64,000 nucleotides of DNA from an uncultured Bacilli bacterium (GTDB lineage Bacteria > Bacillota_I > Bacilli_A > RF39 > UBA660), in the NCBI GenBank assembly GCA_947589535.1, contig CANQAS010000002.1:4119-68118 (forward strand). The letters run 5' to 3'. The notes beneath the pieces are model-generated. The model had not been told where the DNA came from, made no database searches, and saw only the letters and a list, made by a program, of their open reading frames with translations. The position numbers and the translations under genes are program-made. Positions 31,121-42,680 of this stretch are shown piece after piece (the stretch's first letter is position 1; the number at the start of each line of letters is the position of its first letter).

Positions 31121-31393
31121 TATTATTATATAACATAATTTTTAGATAAAACCGTTAACTTTCCAGCAAATTTAAAAGAACTAGCTTTTTATACGGATTA
31201 TAAAAGCTTAATTCATCAAGAATATTAGGAATATATTAACTTTAATATGTATTATACCTATATTAAAAACTCTTTTATTTATATTATAATTTTGTTTCTT
31301 TTTTAAATTATTTTTAATAGTTTATAGCGACTAATAATATTTGTTTTGCCGATTAATATTTAATTTAATATGTTTTTAAAAATAAAAAGAAGG

Positions 31394-33115
31394 CTATCTA
31401 AAGCCTCCTCCGCCTCCTCCACCTCCGAAGGAGCCGCCACCGCCTCCACCAGAAGAAAATCCTCCTCCGCCGGATGAGTAACTTTGTGCTCTTTGTTGTG
31501 ATGCTGTTGCAAATCTCATTCCACTATGACTAACCATATGAATAAACATAATGTCAGTATACGTATAACCCAATTCTGGATTATCAATAATTTCAGGATA
31601 TAATTTTTTAAATTGTTTAGCAACTTTATCAGCGATTCCAAGTATTTGGGCATATATTAAATAATATTCCCACATATTTACTTCTATAGCTTCTTTATCA
31701 TCCATCCTAGAAAACTCCTCTAAGAAGTTTTTTAAGCCTTTTAACTTAATAGCTTCATCTTTCATAGATGGGTCAACTAAATACTCTTTTGATTTAAAAA
31801 CTTTAAAAGTAGTTTTTTCTGTTACGGTTATTTTACCTTCAGTTATTAACTTATCTGTTTCATTATCTATTATTTTATCAAACCATGAAAGTATTTTGCT
31901 ATAGTTGTTATTACACCATTTTTCAAACTCTTTAGACTCAAGTATTCCATCACTACTTGCTTCTTTCATCATATTATATAATTCCTGTTCAAATGGGTTA
32001 TCAAACGTTATTTCTTTCGTTAAATCGATAACAGTTTCTTCTTTCTTTTTTATAAAACCAGCTTCTATTTTTTTAATAGTTATTTTTTGTTCTTTTAACC
32101 ATTTAAGAAGTATAGCTCCTAAAAAGTCAGTTTTATTTTTATTTAACTTATAACTTTCAGCAAGCCAAAACGTTCTATAAATATCTTTATTAAATGGTAT
32201 CTCACGCATGTTTGGAACGTCTTTAGGTAATATTTTTCCTTGAGAGCCAAAATTAAATGTTTTATTTCCAACTTTATTACCAGCGTTTTTAACAGATTTT
32301 GAAATTGCAATTGCAACAAATACCCATATCATAAATTGAAAAATACTTATAAAAGCTGATATTATGAAATTTAAAATTTTTGAAGATTTTTTTTCTTTAT
32401 ATTTTGTTGCACCTTCTTCAGCCATATCATGGTAATATTCAAAGTTATGGTCTAGGGCATTATACGTATTAAAGGTACCTTTATCAAACTTAATTAATAT
32501 AGTCATGTATTCGTTACTTTCTAATGGTCCTTCAGAGTTCATTTCTACATACCCATCATAAACGTATGCAGTACCACCATAATTACCATAACCCCAAACT
32601 GGAACATCATTATTAAAATAATTATCAGAATATATTTTTATGTGAACATTATCTGGCTTAGATGATAATTCATATGGAATTAACGTCCAATATATCATAT
32701 CGGCATCAGTAAGAGTTGCAACAAAACCTTCAATATCATAAGTTAATACATAATTGTGATATCCATACTCAGATATTCCCCAACATAATTCCAATCCATT
32801 TTCTATGTAATTAATACCATTTTTATATGCTTTGTTATTAAAATTATCATTAGTGTTCCAATAGTCATTATACTCATATGTTTTTTCATTATCAGTTACT
32901 TTAAAATTAGTAATTTTAGCATTACCTAAATTATAATATGGTTTATATCCTTCTGTACCTTGATTTAAATTAGCACTCCATGTTTCTGTTACGTGTGCGG
33001 TGCCGCTTTCATCTAGGTAAATATCCATATCAATTTTAGATATACTATTTGCTTTTACGTTTAAGGGTATAAGTAATAATACAAATAAAAGTATGTATCT
33101 TAAAAACTTTTTCAT
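31394..33115 (-). CDS. DUF2207-family membrane protein with a Gly-rich C-terminal tail
   Basis: Signal peptide, internal TM pair, C-terminal SGGGGFSSGGGGGGSFGGGGGGGGFR. Partnered with LemA as is usual for this family. Confidence 0.65.
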   Translation of the reverse strand: MKKFLRYILLFVLLLIPLNVKANSISKIDMDIYLDESGTAHVTETWSANLNQGTEGYKPYYNLGNAKITNFKVTDNEKTYEYNDYWNTNDNFNNKAYKNGINYIENGLELCWGISEYGYHNYVLTYDIEGFVATLTDADMIYWTLIPYELSSKPDNVHIKIYSDNYFNNDVPVWGYGNYGGTAYVYDGYVEMNSEGPLESNEYMTILIKFDKGTFNTYNALDHNFEYYHDMAEEGATKYKEKKSSKILNFIISAFISIFQFMIWVFVAIAISKSVKNAGNKVGNKTFNFGSQGKILPKDVPNMREIPFNKDIYRTFWLAESYKLNKNKTDFLGAILLKWLKEQKITIKKIEAGFIKKKEETVIDLTKEITFDNPFEQELYNMMKEASSDGILESKEFEKWCNNNYSKILSWFDKIIDNETDKLITEGKITVTEKTTFKVFKSKEYLVDPSMKDEAIKLKGLKNFLEEFSRMDDKEAIEVNMWEYYLIYAQILGIADKVAKQFKKLYPEIIDNPELGYTYTDIMFIHMVSHSGMRFATASQQRAQSYSSGGGGFSSGGGGGGSFGGGGGGGGFR

Positions 33116-33155
33116 ATATCCTCCTTAAAGAAAAAAGTCTACTTTAGTTAGTAGA

Positions 33156-33710
33156 CTAAAACTTAACTTCTACGTTTTTTCTTTCTTCTTCTGTAGCTTC
33201 AAAGAAAGCTTCAGGTTTGAAACCAAACATGTTAGCTACTATATTTGATGGAAACATTTCAAGTTTATTTCTATAAGTTAATACTGTATCATTATAGAAT
33301 TGTCTTGCAAAACGTATTTTTTCTTCTACTTCATTGAGTTTGTTTTGTAAATCAATGAAGTTTTCATTAGCTTTTAATTCAGGATAACTTTCAGTTAAAG
33401 CAAATAGACGGCTTAAAGCTTGAGTAACTTCACCAGATGCTTTAATCTCATCTTCCTTAGTAGTTGCACTAACTGCTTTATTTCTTGCGTTAATAACGGC
33501 TTCTAAAGTGCCTTTTTCATGTTTTGCATAGCCTTTTACGGTTTCAACGACATTTGGTATTAAATCGCACCTATTTTTTAATACTACGTCTATTTGAGAC
33601 CATTGATCCTTTACTTTGTTTCTTAATGTTACTAATAGATTATATGTAGATATTACGTATAATACTATTAATAGCACTATTACTAAAATAATTATTAATG
33701 CTGTTTTCAT
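33156..33710 (-). CDS. lemA: LemA family protein
   Basis: N-terminal TM followed by the LemA helical domain (…NLLVTLRNKVKDQWSQIDVVLKNRCDLIPN…). Confidence 0.8.
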   Translation of the reverse strand: MKTALIIILVIVLLIVLYVISTYNLLVTLRNKVKDQWSQIDVVLKNRCDLIPNVVETVKGYAKHEKGTLEAVINARNKAVSATTKEDEIKASGEVTQALSRLFALTESYPELKANENFIDLQNKLNEVEEKIRFARQFYNDTVLTYRNKLEMFPSNIVANMFGFKPEAFFEATEEERKNVEVKF

Positions 33711-33837
33711 ATATATCCTCCTATGATTTAATTATATATCATTATTTAAAAAAAAGAAAGTTAAAACTCATTAATTATACGTTAATTATAATTTAGGGTT
33801 ATACTTTCTTAGATTAATACCTAAAGCTACTCCTTTT

Positions 33838-34899
33838 TTATATCTTATTTTTATTTTTAATTTTTTTAAAATTTTTTTGTAATTCTGGTTTATAAGCTTT
33901 TATAATGGCCATTAGTATAATAGTAAGTGGAACAGCAATTACTATTCCAGTAAAACCAAATAATGCTCCTCCTGCAAATACTACAAAAACGGTTAAAACA
34001 GCTGGTAATTCGTTTGTTTTACCATATATTTTTGGGGATATAACATAACCATCAATATTTGGAAATACAAGTGTTATTATAAGGGTTAGAATAAATACTT
34101 TTGTTGATACAACAGATGCTATTACAAGTGCAATTAAATTAGTTATAATACCTCCAAAATACGGAATTACTGTTGTAATACATGCCAGAACTCCAATAAG
34201 CAAGAAGTTTGGGTGTCCTATTATTAAAAATAAGAATGTATACTCAAAAAACTGGATAACCATAAATATACCAAGTCCTTTAAGATAACTATATACTTCA
34301 TTATCTATGTTTTTTATAAGCTCATATTTTTTCTTATCTTTTTTTCTCATAAATTCTTTTATTTTGAATCTAATTTTAGGCATATCAGAAAGGAAGTATA
34401 TACTTACGATGAAAATTATTATAAATTTTGTTAATACATCGACCCAACTTGATAATATTTTTATTATACTGCCACTTGATATAAGCATACCTACATAATC
34501 TAATAATTGAGAAGAAAAACCACTTATATAATTATTTATAGTATACATATCAATACCATATTTGTTACCTAAATCATTAGTTACTTCTGTTATGTTTGAT
34601 AAAAGATTTATTAGTTGTTCTATAAATAATGGAAAAACAAGATAAGAAGTTAATCCAACTATTAGTATTATACTTAAAACAATTATCAATATGGATAACC
34701 ATTTAGGTAATCCTTTTCTTATTAAGAATTTCAAAAATGGATATAATATGTATGCTAATGCAAAAGCTGTTATAAATGGTAAAGCTATATTAAATACTTT
34801 AGTTACCACACCGAACCATATATCTTTCATTAAAAATAGCAAGTAAGCTATTCCTAATAGTAAGAGTATATTTAAATATTTATAATTGATACCCTTCAT
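33838..34899 (-). CDS. AI-2E family transporter (PerM/YhhT-like permease)
   Basis: 353 aa with about 8 TM and typical AI-2E topology and length. Confidence 0.7.
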   Translation of the reverse strand: MKGINYKYLNILLLLGIAYLLFLMKDIWFGVVTKVFNIALPFITAFALAYILYPFLKFLIRKGLPKWLSILIIVLSIILIVGLTSYLVFPLFIEQLINLLSNITEVTNDLGNKYGIDMYTINNYISGFSSQLLDYVGMLISSGSIIKILSSWVDVLTKFIIIFIVSIYFLSDMPKIRFKIKEFMRKKDKKKYELIKNIDNEVYSYLKGLGIFMVIQFFEYTFLFLIIGHPNFLLIGVLACITTVIPYFGGIITNLIALVIASVVSTKVFILTLIITLVFPNIDGYVISPKIYGKTNELPAVLTVFVVFAGGALFGFTGIVIAVPLTIILMAIIKAYKPELQKNFKKIKNKNKI

Positions 34900-35345
34900 T
34901 AGAACTCCTCCTTGCTATCAATAATTATGGTTACTGGTCCATCATTTATTAAGCTAACTTTCATATCTGCACCAAACTCACCCGTTTGGACATCTATTTT
35001 TTCACTCTTTAATTTATAATTAAAGTAGTCATATAATTCCTTAGCTTCATTAAACTTTAAAGCTTCAATAAAAGATGGTCTTTTGCCATTTAATTTTGCA
35101 TACAAAGTAAATTGTGAGATTGATAAAATACTTCCTTTTACATCTTTTAGGCTAAGGTTTAATTTATCATCGTTATCAGAAAAAATCCTTAAATTTATAA
35201 TTTTATTAATCATCTTATCTACTATTTCTTTTGTATCACCATTTGTGAATCCTATTAATAGAACATATCCATGATTAATTTTTCCAATTATTTTTTTATC
35301 TACTTCTACGCTTGCTTTTTTACTTCTTTGAATAATTACTTTCAT
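34899..35345 (-). CDS. dtd: D-aminoacyl-tRNA deacylase
   Basis: 148 aa. [16 protein letters not shown]... GYVLLIGF ... [10 protein letters not shown]. Immediately downstream of relA as in Bacillus. Confidence 0.85.
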   Translation of the reverse strand: MKVIIQRSKKASVEVDKKIIGKINHGYVLLIGFTNGDTKEIVDKMINKIINLRIFSDNDDKLNLSLKDVKGSILSISQFTLYAKLNGKRPSFIEALKFNEAKELYDYFNYKLKSEKIDVQTGEFGADMKVSLINDGPVTIIIDSKEEF

Positions 35346-37507
35346 TATTTATTACCTCTTTGAACTTCGGTTATTCCTGAAATATTTGAGATGACTGCTA
35401 TATATTTATTAAGCATTTCATTATCAGCAACTAGTATGTTTAAATCAAAGATGTATAAATCGTTATTTGATATTGTATTAATACTTTTAACACCAATTCC
35501 CATAGATGTTGTCTTTGCAATTATATTAGCAAGTAAATCTTCTTTTTTATCTGCATAAATCAAAACGTTTGTAATATATTTTTTGTTTAGTTTTTCATTC
35601 CAATCAACATGTATTATTCTATCGTTTTCCTCAAAAATATTATGGCAATTTTTTCTGTGAATTGTAATTCCATTTCCTTTTGATATATATCCTACTATAT
35701 CATCACCATAAACTGGCATACAACATCCTCCAAATGATACTTTTATACCATTTATACCATCTACTAATATATCTCCTTTAGTATCATTTGCATTAGAAGC
35801 GTTTTTTAAAATTTTCTTTATTGAATCATTTTCATCATCACTACTTCCAATTATAGTTTTAATTATGGAAGTAGGATTGTATTTTCCAATACCTATTTCA
35901 TAATATAAATCAATTTCGTTCCCTAAATTATATTCTACAAGGGCTTTTTCTATTCCTTTCTCATCTAATACATCATTAATAGATAACTTTTTTCTCCTTA
36001 TGGTCTTTAGTAAAGCTTCTTTACCTTTATTAACCATTTCATCTCTATCAACTTTGCTAAAGAAAGACTTTATTTTGTTTTTTGCACTTGTTGTAAAAGC
36101 AATATTAAGCCATTCTTTAGATGGTCCTTTACTATTTTTATTGGTGTTTATTTTAATAATGTCACCGTCTTTTAATTTGTAATTAAGTGGCGCAATCATA
36201 TTATTTACAATTGCTCCTACCATTTGATGTCCAATAGAAGTATGGACTCTATATGCAAAATCTATTGGTGTAGATCCTAGCGGAAGTTCAAATACATCTC
36301 CTTTTGGGGTGTATACATATATGTTTTTAGAGTTAAAAACTTCATTTTTCACCACATTTACAAATTCTTCTTCAGATTCAACTTGTTGTTCATTTAACTC
36401 AATTATATTTCTGAAAGACATTAACTTTTCTTCTAAGTTATTTTTACGTTTTGTCCCGCCCTCCTTATATGACCAGTGCGATGCAAAACCATATTCTGCA
36501 ACATAATCCATATCATAAGTTCTAATTTGAATTTCAAACAATTTACCATCAACACCAAATACCGTGGTATGTAAAGACTGATAACCATTCGCCTTTGGTC
36601 TTGCAACATAATCTTTAAATCTTCTAGGAACGGGTTTAAATTTAGCGTGAATTGCGCCTAATGCTAAATAGCATTCAGCTTCGGTTTTAACTAAAAAACG
36701 AAGCGCTAGTATATCATATATTTCATTAAATGTCTTTCCTTTTTGAAGCTTCCTATATATGCTATAGACACTTTTACTTCTTCCTTTCATCTCATGAGGT
36801 ATATTATTTTCAGTTAATACTTTTGATACACTTTGCATCATTTGGTTTACAGATTCATCAAGTTCTTGTCTAGTTTCATTTAATTTTTCTAAAATATCAT
36901 TATATACATCAGGACTATAATACTTTAAGCATAAATCTTCTAACTCACTTTTTATGTGATTAATACCAAGACCATGCGCGATAGGAACAAGAATTTCTAG
37001 TGTCTCTTTTGCCTTTTCTTTTCTCTTGTTTTCTGGTATTGCCCATAAAGTTCTCATATTATGAAGGCGATCTGCTATTTTTAAAATAATTATACGTACG
37101 TCACCTGATAACCCGACCAATATTTTTTTATAATATGTTGCAGTTGCGTTTGATTCAGCTGATAGTGAAAGTTTGTTTATCTTTGATATGCCATCTAATA
37201 ATTTTTTTATTTCGACACCAAACTCTTTTTCTACTTCTTCTAAAGTGGTGTTTGAAAAGTTAATTACATCATGTAATAATGCAGTTGCTAGAGTTTCATA
37301 ATCCGCGTATATTTCAGTAAGAATTAAAGCAACATTTAAAGGGTGAAGAATAAAATCATCACCCGTTAGTCTCTTATCACCAAAATGAGCTTTATAGGCA
37401 AAAGAATAAGCTTTTTTAATTACTTCAATTTCTTCATCATTTTTTATATAATTACTTGCTTTTTCAATTAAATCATCAAGTGTGTACGCTTTTTCTTTTT
37501 GACCCAT
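35345..37507 (-). CDS. relA: bifunctional (p)ppGpp synthetase/hydrolase RelA/SpoT
   Basis: 720 aa. HD hydrolase domain, synthetase domain, TGS and ACT domains recognisable. Confidence 0.9.
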   Translation of the reverse strand: MGQKEKAYTLDDLIEKASNYIKNDEEIEVIKKAYSFAYKAHFGDKRLTGDDFILHPLNVALILTEIYADYETLATALLHDVINFSNTTLEEVEKEFGVEIKKLLDGISKINKLSLSAESNATATYYKKILVGLSGDVRIIILKIADRLHNMRTLWAIPENKRKEKAKETLEILVPIAHGLGINHIKSELEDLCLKYYSPDVYNDILEKLNETRQELDESVNQMMQSVSKVLTENNIPHEMKGRSKSVYSIYRKLQKGKTFNEIYDILALRFLVKTEAECYLALGAIHAKFKPVPRRFKDYVARPKANGYQSLHTTVFGVDGKLFEIQIRTYDMDYVAEYGFASHWSYKEGGTKRKNNLEEKLMSFRNIIELNEQQVESEEEFVNVVKNEVFNSKNIYVYTPKGDVFELPLGSTPIDFAYRVHTSIGHQMVGAIVNNMIAPLNYKLKDGDIIKINTNKNSKGPSKEWLNIAFTTSAKNKIKSFFSKVDRDEMVNKGKEALLKTIRRKKLSINDVLDEKGIEKALVEYNLGNEIDLYYEIGIGKYNPTSIIKTIIGSSDDENDSIKKILKNASNANDTKGDILVDGINGIKVSFGGCCMPVYGDDIVGYISKGNGITIHRKNCHNIFEENDRIIHVDWNEKLNKKYITNVLIYADKKEDLLANIIAKTTSMGIGVKSINTISNNDLYIFDLNILVADNEMLNKYIAVISNISGITEVQRGNK

Positions 37508-37523
37508 TTAAATCACTCTTTTC

Positions 37524-39695
37524 TTATTTATTTTTTTCCTTTTTACAATTTTTCTTTTCAATTAAATACCATATTTGCCCTGCTAAAAGCATTGATGAAT
37601 AGCAACCTGCAACAAGACCAAATATCATTGCAATATTAAATGGTAATATTCCTTTAGAACCAAATATTATTAAACAAATAACAGGTATTAACGTAGTTAT
37701 TGTAGTATATAACGATCTGTTAAATGTATCTGAAATACTATCATTTACAACCTTTTTTAATTCTTCTACAGTAAGTTTCTTTTTAAATTTATTAAGATTT
37801 TCCCTAATACGATCAAATACTACTATTGTATTATTAATTGAGTAACCAACTATTGTTAATAGCGCTGCAATAAATATAACATTTACTTCTATTTTAAATA
37901 TACTAAATAATATTATTACGAATAAAACATCGTGTGCTAATGCTAAAATTGATGATATAGCATAACTAAATTTAAACCTAAATGATATATAAATAATTAT
38001 TGCGATTGCTGCAATTAAAACTGAATATATAGCATTTTTTACTAATTCTTGTTTAACTATATTAGTTACAACGTTAATTTCGGTTTTAGCATTATATTTA
38101 TTTTCAAAATGATTATTTACTTTGTTTATTCCTTTTTCTTTTAACTCACTATTTAATCTTACGTATATTTCATTGTTTTCTTGTTTTGAAACAGATACTA
38201 CTTTATATCCCATATTTTCTAAATCTTTTTTTACTTCTGATATTTTCATATTATCAGCACTTAAAGTAATATCTGATCCAGCTTTAAAATCTATTCCTAA
38301 GTTAAGACCATTAATAGCTAGATATACAATACCTAAAACTAAATATATTAAAGTAATCGTAATACAATTTTTGATTATTTTAATTGAATTTATTTTTATT
38401 TTCTTTAATGGTTTATTATTTTTTTCAAATTTAACAAACTTATTAGGTTTTCCATCAAAAACCCCTGTTTTTACAAACAATTTAAGCACTCTTCTATTTA
38501 TAAATACCATAATAAACATAGTTGCAAATATAGTAATGATTAACATTGTTGCAAAACCTTTTATTGAAGATTCACCAAAAATGAATAATACGATTCCTAC
38601 TATAAACGTTGTCACGTTAGCATCAAATATCGTGCTCCATGATTCTTTATTTCCAGCTTCATAAGCGGTGTTTAGACTTTTACCAGATTGTAGTTCTTCT
38701 TTTATTCTTTCCCCTGTTACAACACAAGAGTCAACAGCCATACCAATACCTAAAACTAAAGCTGCAATTCCTGGAAGTGTAAGAACACCACCTATTAACC
38801 AAAAAACACCCATAACTACAAGCATATAAATAAGTAAGCTTATACCTGATATAAAACCATAAAACTTATATAGTATTGTCATGAATAATATTACTAATGC
38901 CATACCTATAATACCTGCGGTAAAGGTTTTAGTAAGAACACCTTCTCCATATGATGCATTAACGTTTTGAGAAGATATTTCAGTTAACTTAGTCGAAATA
39001 GAACCAGCATTTATACTAGTTGCTAAGCTTTCAGCTTCTTCTTTTTCAAAATTACCAGTTATAATAACATCTGAAGAAAAACCTTGAGAAACGGTAGCAG
39101 CAGATAAGCACAAACTACCTTCTTCACCACAAGTTTCACTATCTTTGGCATACGAATTAGTTCCAGTTTCAAAGTTATACCATATTACCATTAAGTTTTT
39201 ACCGGCTTCTTTTTTACTAATTTCGGTAGTAGCTGCTAAAAACTTTTCTTTATCCTTTACTTGTAAAGATATAGCAGGCTTTCCAGACTCATCATAAGAT
39301 AATTTTGCTCCATTTATAACACTAGCATCCATTAACAATTTATCATTAGTATCTCTAAACGATATGTTAGCAACGTTTGATAATGCTTTTCTAGCTCCTT
39401 CTATATCAGTAATTCCAGCTAATTTTACCCTTATTCTATCGGTTCCTTCCATTGTTATTTCAGGTTCTGATACACCTAAAGAATCAACGTTTCTTTTCAA
39501 AACGTCATAAGTACTACTCATATCGCTAGAAGTAAGTTTTTTACCATCACTTCTTTTAACTTGATATAATACTTCAAATCCACCTTTTAAATCAAGACCG
39601 AATTTCATATCATTAAATAGTGGTATATATATTAAACTAAATAATGCTATGACCACAAAGAATATAGCTATTCTTTTAATAAATTTTCCTTTCAT
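37524..39695 (-). CDS. secDF: protein translocase subunit SecDF (fused)
   Basis: 723 aa. Two 6-TM bundles with a large periplasmic loop. Confidence 0.9.
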   Translation of the reverse strand: MKGKFIKRIAIFFVVIALFSLIYIPLFNDMKFGLDLKGGFEVLYQVKRSDGKKLTSSDMSSTYDVLKRNVDSLGVSEPEITMEGTDRIRVKLAGITDIEGARKALSNVANISFRDTNDKLLMDASVINGAKLSYDESGKPAISLQVKDKEKFLAATTEISKKEAGKNLMVIWYNFETGTNSYAKDSETCGEEGSLCLSAATVSQGFSSDVIITGNFEKEEAESLATSINAGSISTKLTEISSQNVNASYGEGVLTKTFTAGIIGMALVILFMTILYKFYGFISGISLLIYMLVVMGVFWLIGGVLTLPGIAALVLGIGMAVDSCVVTGERIKEELQSGKSLNTAYEAGNKESWSTIFDANVTTFIVGIVLFIFGESSIKGFATMLIITIFATMFIMVFINRRVLKLFVKTGVFDGKPNKFVKFEKNNKPLKKIKINSIKIIKNCITITLIYLVLGIVYLAINGLNLGIDFKAGSDITLSADNMKISEVKKDLENMGYKVVSVSKQENNEIYVRLNSELKEKGINKVNNHFENKYNAKTEINVVTNIVKQELVKNAIYSVLIAAIAIIIYISFRFKFSYAISSILALAHDVLFVIILFSIFKIEVNVIFIAALLTIVGYSINNTIVVFDRIRENLNKFKKKLTVEELKKVVNDSISDTFNRSLYTTITTLIPVICLIIFGSKGILPFNIAMIFGLVAGCYSSMLLAGQIWYLIEKKNCKKEKNK

Positions 39696-39791
39696 TTTAA
39701 CCTTCCTTATAAATATATTTAATGATGCTTATATCATCATTAGTACATTTAATATTATATAACATATATACTCCAAAATCAAAGATAAAAA

Positions 39792-39820
39792 GAAAAAAGA
39801 CTATAAAATTAGTCTTTTTT
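39792..39820 (-). terminator. Rho-independent terminator, bidirectional
   Basis: AAAAAAGACTAtaaaatTAGTCTTTTTTT perfect hairpin flanked by A and T runs. Confidence 0.6.
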
Positions 39821-40288
39821 TGTGTAGCTTTCCTCTTTATATTTATCATTAGTGTTACCTAATGGTTTTATATCATTACTATTAATATCATTAAACACTA
39901 TATTGATTTTGTTAAAATTATCAATTTCATTAAACGTTCCATCTTCTGCTTTAAAATAATATCTAACAATTTTATCATCCGAAATTAAAGCATAAAACAT
40001 ATCATTATTATCAAAAAGTTTTTCAAATTTAAAACGTATTATTTTAAAAACGCCAGAAGTATGACTTTTCTCGCCAGATAAATTCATATTTTTATCCCAA
40101 TTTAATTTTATAAAGTAAGGATTTGTATATTCATTTTTTTCTGGTTCATAGCATGTTAATTTATAGACACCATTAGATTCAAGATCAATTGTCTTAATTT
40201 TTAATTTTAACCATCTAACAACAGCTTCAGCCATCCTCATTTTTTCTTCAAAATTATTTGGTAAAACCCTTTCACTCATTATAATCAT
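39809..40288 (-). CDS. hypothetical protein, 159 aa
   Basis: ORF between spoVB and secDF with no motif found. Confidence 0.4.
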   Translation of the reverse strand: MIIMSERVLPNNFEEKMRMAEAVVRWLKLKIKTIDLESNGVYKLTCYEPEKNEYTNPYFIKLNWDKNMNLSGEKSHTSGVFKIIRFKFEKLFDNNDMFYALISDDKIVRYYFKAEDGTFNEIDNFNKINIVFNDINSNDIKPLGNTNDKYKEESYTKKD

Positions 40289-40323
40289 CTCCTGGGCAAA
40301 TATTTTATATTAAAATTTATTTA

Positions 40324-41658
40324 TTGTCAAATATATTTTTATTTAAAATATACTTTACTATGACTAGATTCAAAAATAACATTTTAATGAAAAACATAAT
40401 TATATTATTACTATCTGGTGGCGTTAGTAAAGCAATTGGTATGATTGGAAAAGTTATATATACAAGAACCGCTGGTATAAACGTAGTTGGCTTATATACT
40501 TTACTTACGCCTACATTTATGCTTATTATTACGATTACCCAGTTTAGTTTTCCAATATCAATTAGTAAAATATCGGCTGAAGATAAATATGATAATAATA
40601 TGCTTCTTAAAACAGCGTACAAATTAGGCTTTGTAATAGATTTAATTTTAATAATTATAATTATGTTATCTTCCAATTTAATTGCTTCATTCATACATAA
40701 TAACGCTTTAGTACCTGCTATTAGATCAATATGTGTAATTATACCTTTTGTTACAATATCAAGCGTACAAAGAGGTTTTTTACATGGTAAGGAAGATATG
40801 TTTTTACCTGCGGTAACAAGTATAACAGAAGAAATTATTAAAATAATATTAATAGTTATATTCTTACCATATGCAATATCTATATCAAATGTTACCGCGG
40901 TTATATTTATAATTTTATTTAATGTTTTTATGGAATTATCTACGATTATAATACTAAATAAAAGAGTAAAAAGATATGTACAAAAAACACATGGTAATGA
41001 TAAAAACATATTAAAAGATATAATTAAAATTTCCCTACCAACTACTTTAATAAGGTTAATATCGTCTTTTGGTTTCTTTTTAGAACCAATTATTCTTACA
41101 AATACTCTGCTTTCAATGGGTTATTCTTCTAATTATATTACCCTAGAATACGGAATAATAAACTCTTATATAGTACCACTGCTTTCTTTTCCTAGCTTTT
41201 TTTCACTAGCCATTGCAGCAGCATTACTTCCTAACATAACAAAGCTGTATACTAATAAAAAATATAATGAATTTAATAGAAAATTACTTAAATTAATGAT
41301 TATTTCGATATTGGTTGGAGTTTTTTGCTTAGCGTTTATACTGATTTTTCCAAACGAATTATTAAAACTAATTTATAATGTTAACTTAGGTATTAATTAT
41401 ATATATTTATTAGGACCTTTCTTTCTCATTTTATATATGCAACCTACTTTATCAATTGCATTACAAGCAATGGGAAAAACAAATAAATTATTTATAACAA
41501 GCATTGTTTCACTGATCTTAAAATATAGTTTATTATTTATTTTATGTAAACTAGGATATGGTATGAATAGCTTAATATATTCTATTATAATTGGTATAGT
41601 AATAACTACCCTATTAGTATTTATAATCGTTGTAAAAAACTTAAATAAAAGGACCTAA
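40324..41658 (+). CDS. spoVB: MOP/MurJ-superfamily polysaccharide flippase, stage V sporulation protein B-like
   Basis: About 12-14 TM. LLSGGVSKAIGMIGK N-terminus typical of SpoVB/MurJ. Position between tgt and secDF matches B. subtilis spoVB. The true start is probably internal (MKNIIILL...). Confidence 0.65.
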   Translation: MSNIFLFKIYFTMTRFKNNILMKNIIILLLSGGVSKAIGMIGKVIYTRTAGINVVGLYTLLTPTFMLIITITQFSFPISISKISAEDKYDNNMLLKTAYKLGFVIDLILIIIIMLSSNLIASFIHNNALVPAIRSICVIIPFVTISSVQRGFLHGKEDMFLPAVTSITEEIIKIILIVIFLPYAISISNVTAVIFIILFNVFMELSTIIILNKRVKRYVQKTHGNDKNILKDIIKISLPTTLIRLISSFGFFLEPIILTNTLLSMGYSSNYITLEYGIINSYIVPLLSFPSFFSLAIAAALLPNITKLYTNKKYNEFNRKLLKLMIISILVGVFCLAFILIFPNELLKLIYNVNLGINYIYLLGPFFLILYMQPTLSIALQAMGKTNKLFITSIVSLILKYSLLFILCKLGYGMNSLIYSIIIGIVITTLLVFIIVVKNLNKRT

Positions 41659-41840
41659 TTATTTTTAGGTCCTTCATCATTTGATTTAATAGTAAATAAA
41701 ACTATATTTAATATTATTAATAGTATATGATTTACATAGGTCATTTCTTTATAAATAATTTGCACTATTAACTGAATAATTGCTAAAACGTCTATTACAA
41801 TAAGTATACTTCTATATGTTTTTAACTTAACTTTATTCAT
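41655..41840 (-). CDS. small hypothetical membrane protein (61 aa)
   Basis: Two hydrophobic helices. Overlaps the upstream ORF stop by 8 nt. Confidence 0.3.
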   Translation of the reverse strand: MNKVKLKTYRSILIVIDVLAIIQLIVQIIYKEMTYVNHILLIILNIVLFTIKSNDEGPKNN

Positions 41841-42591
41841 TTATACCCTCGTCATAAATTATATTGCAGGCAAATCCTTTATCAGTATAACTTTTTTGTA
41901 ATAAATCAATTGTATCAGATGTAGTTGGTTTTACAAATAATACCGTTTGTCCATCATTTACTGTTAAATTTTCGTAGCCTTCCTTTTGATAATTCGTTTC
42001 AATATTAAAAGTAAATCCTTTTTCAGTTTTGTTAAAATTTATATTATTAGCAGGTACTGTAACATTATTTAAATAAAAATTTTCATATTGACTTATTAGG
42101 TTTTCAACTACTGCTGATGTATTATCATTATTTGATACAACCACATAATTAAAATTACTATCAGTAACTTTATTAGACAAGTAATTTGCTGTGTAAGTTA
42201 TATTTTGACTTTCTGCATCACTTTTTGAAGAATAAGTACAGGTTAATGTTCCTTTGTCAGTGATTTTCTTTGTTACAGTAGTCTTTTTTGTTGTTTTTGT
42301 TTCAACTTCTTTTGTAGTACCCACAAGATTTGTTTTATTATTAATATAATATAAACCTAAAAGTATAACTATAGCTAAAATAACTCCAATTAATGTGTAG
42401 TTAGGCTTCTTAGATGATAAAAGAATTTCATTATTGGTAATTGGATCTATTACTACCGTATTATTAACGGCACCATCATATAAATCATCTAAATTTATTT
42501 CTCTAGTAACATCATCTTGAGTGATTTTTATTTCTTCTTCTGGGTTTTCTTTGTTAGTTTCTTCATTTTTGTTTGGTTCTTCCATCATCAT
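41833..42591 (-). CDS. hypothetical membrane-anchored protein (acidic N-terminus, one TM, extracytoplasmic domain)
   Basis: TM YTLIGVILAIVILLGLYYI follows an Asp/Glu-rich N-terminus. Confidence 0.45.
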   Translation of the reverse strand: MMMEEPNKNEETNKENPEEEIKITQDDVTREINLDDLYDGAVNNTVVIDPITNNEILLSSKKPNYTLIGVILAIVILLGLYYINNKTNLVGTTKEVETKTTKKTTVTKKITDKGTLTCTYSSKSDAESQNITYTANYLSNKVTDSNFNYVVVSNNDNTSAVVENLISQYENFYLNNVTVPANNINFNKTEKGFTFNIETNYQKEGYENLTVNDGQTVLFVKPTTSDTIDLLQKSYTDKGFACNIIYDEGINE

Positions 42592-42680
42592 ATTCCTCCT
42601 GTATTATTATAATACCACAGTTTTTTTTATTTACGAATATTTATATCATTTTTTAATAAAATTTTACAAAAAAAGAGTTT

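Noticed and set aside
31394-31480. Gly-codon repeat block (GGAGGCGGAGG...) as a DNA-level repeat or array
   Set aside because: It simply encodes the Gly-rich C-terminal tail characteristic of DUF2207 proteins. There is no spacer-repeat periodicity.
40317-41009. 230-aa antisense ORF overlapping spoVB-like gene; similar shadow ORFs at 38122-38664, 55820-56422, 18529-18909, 7687-8046, 13368-13757 and others
   Set aside because: They lie entirely inside well-supported genes on the opposite strand. Their hydrophobic, low-complexity translations are typical of antisense frames in AT-rich DNA. None has an RBS.
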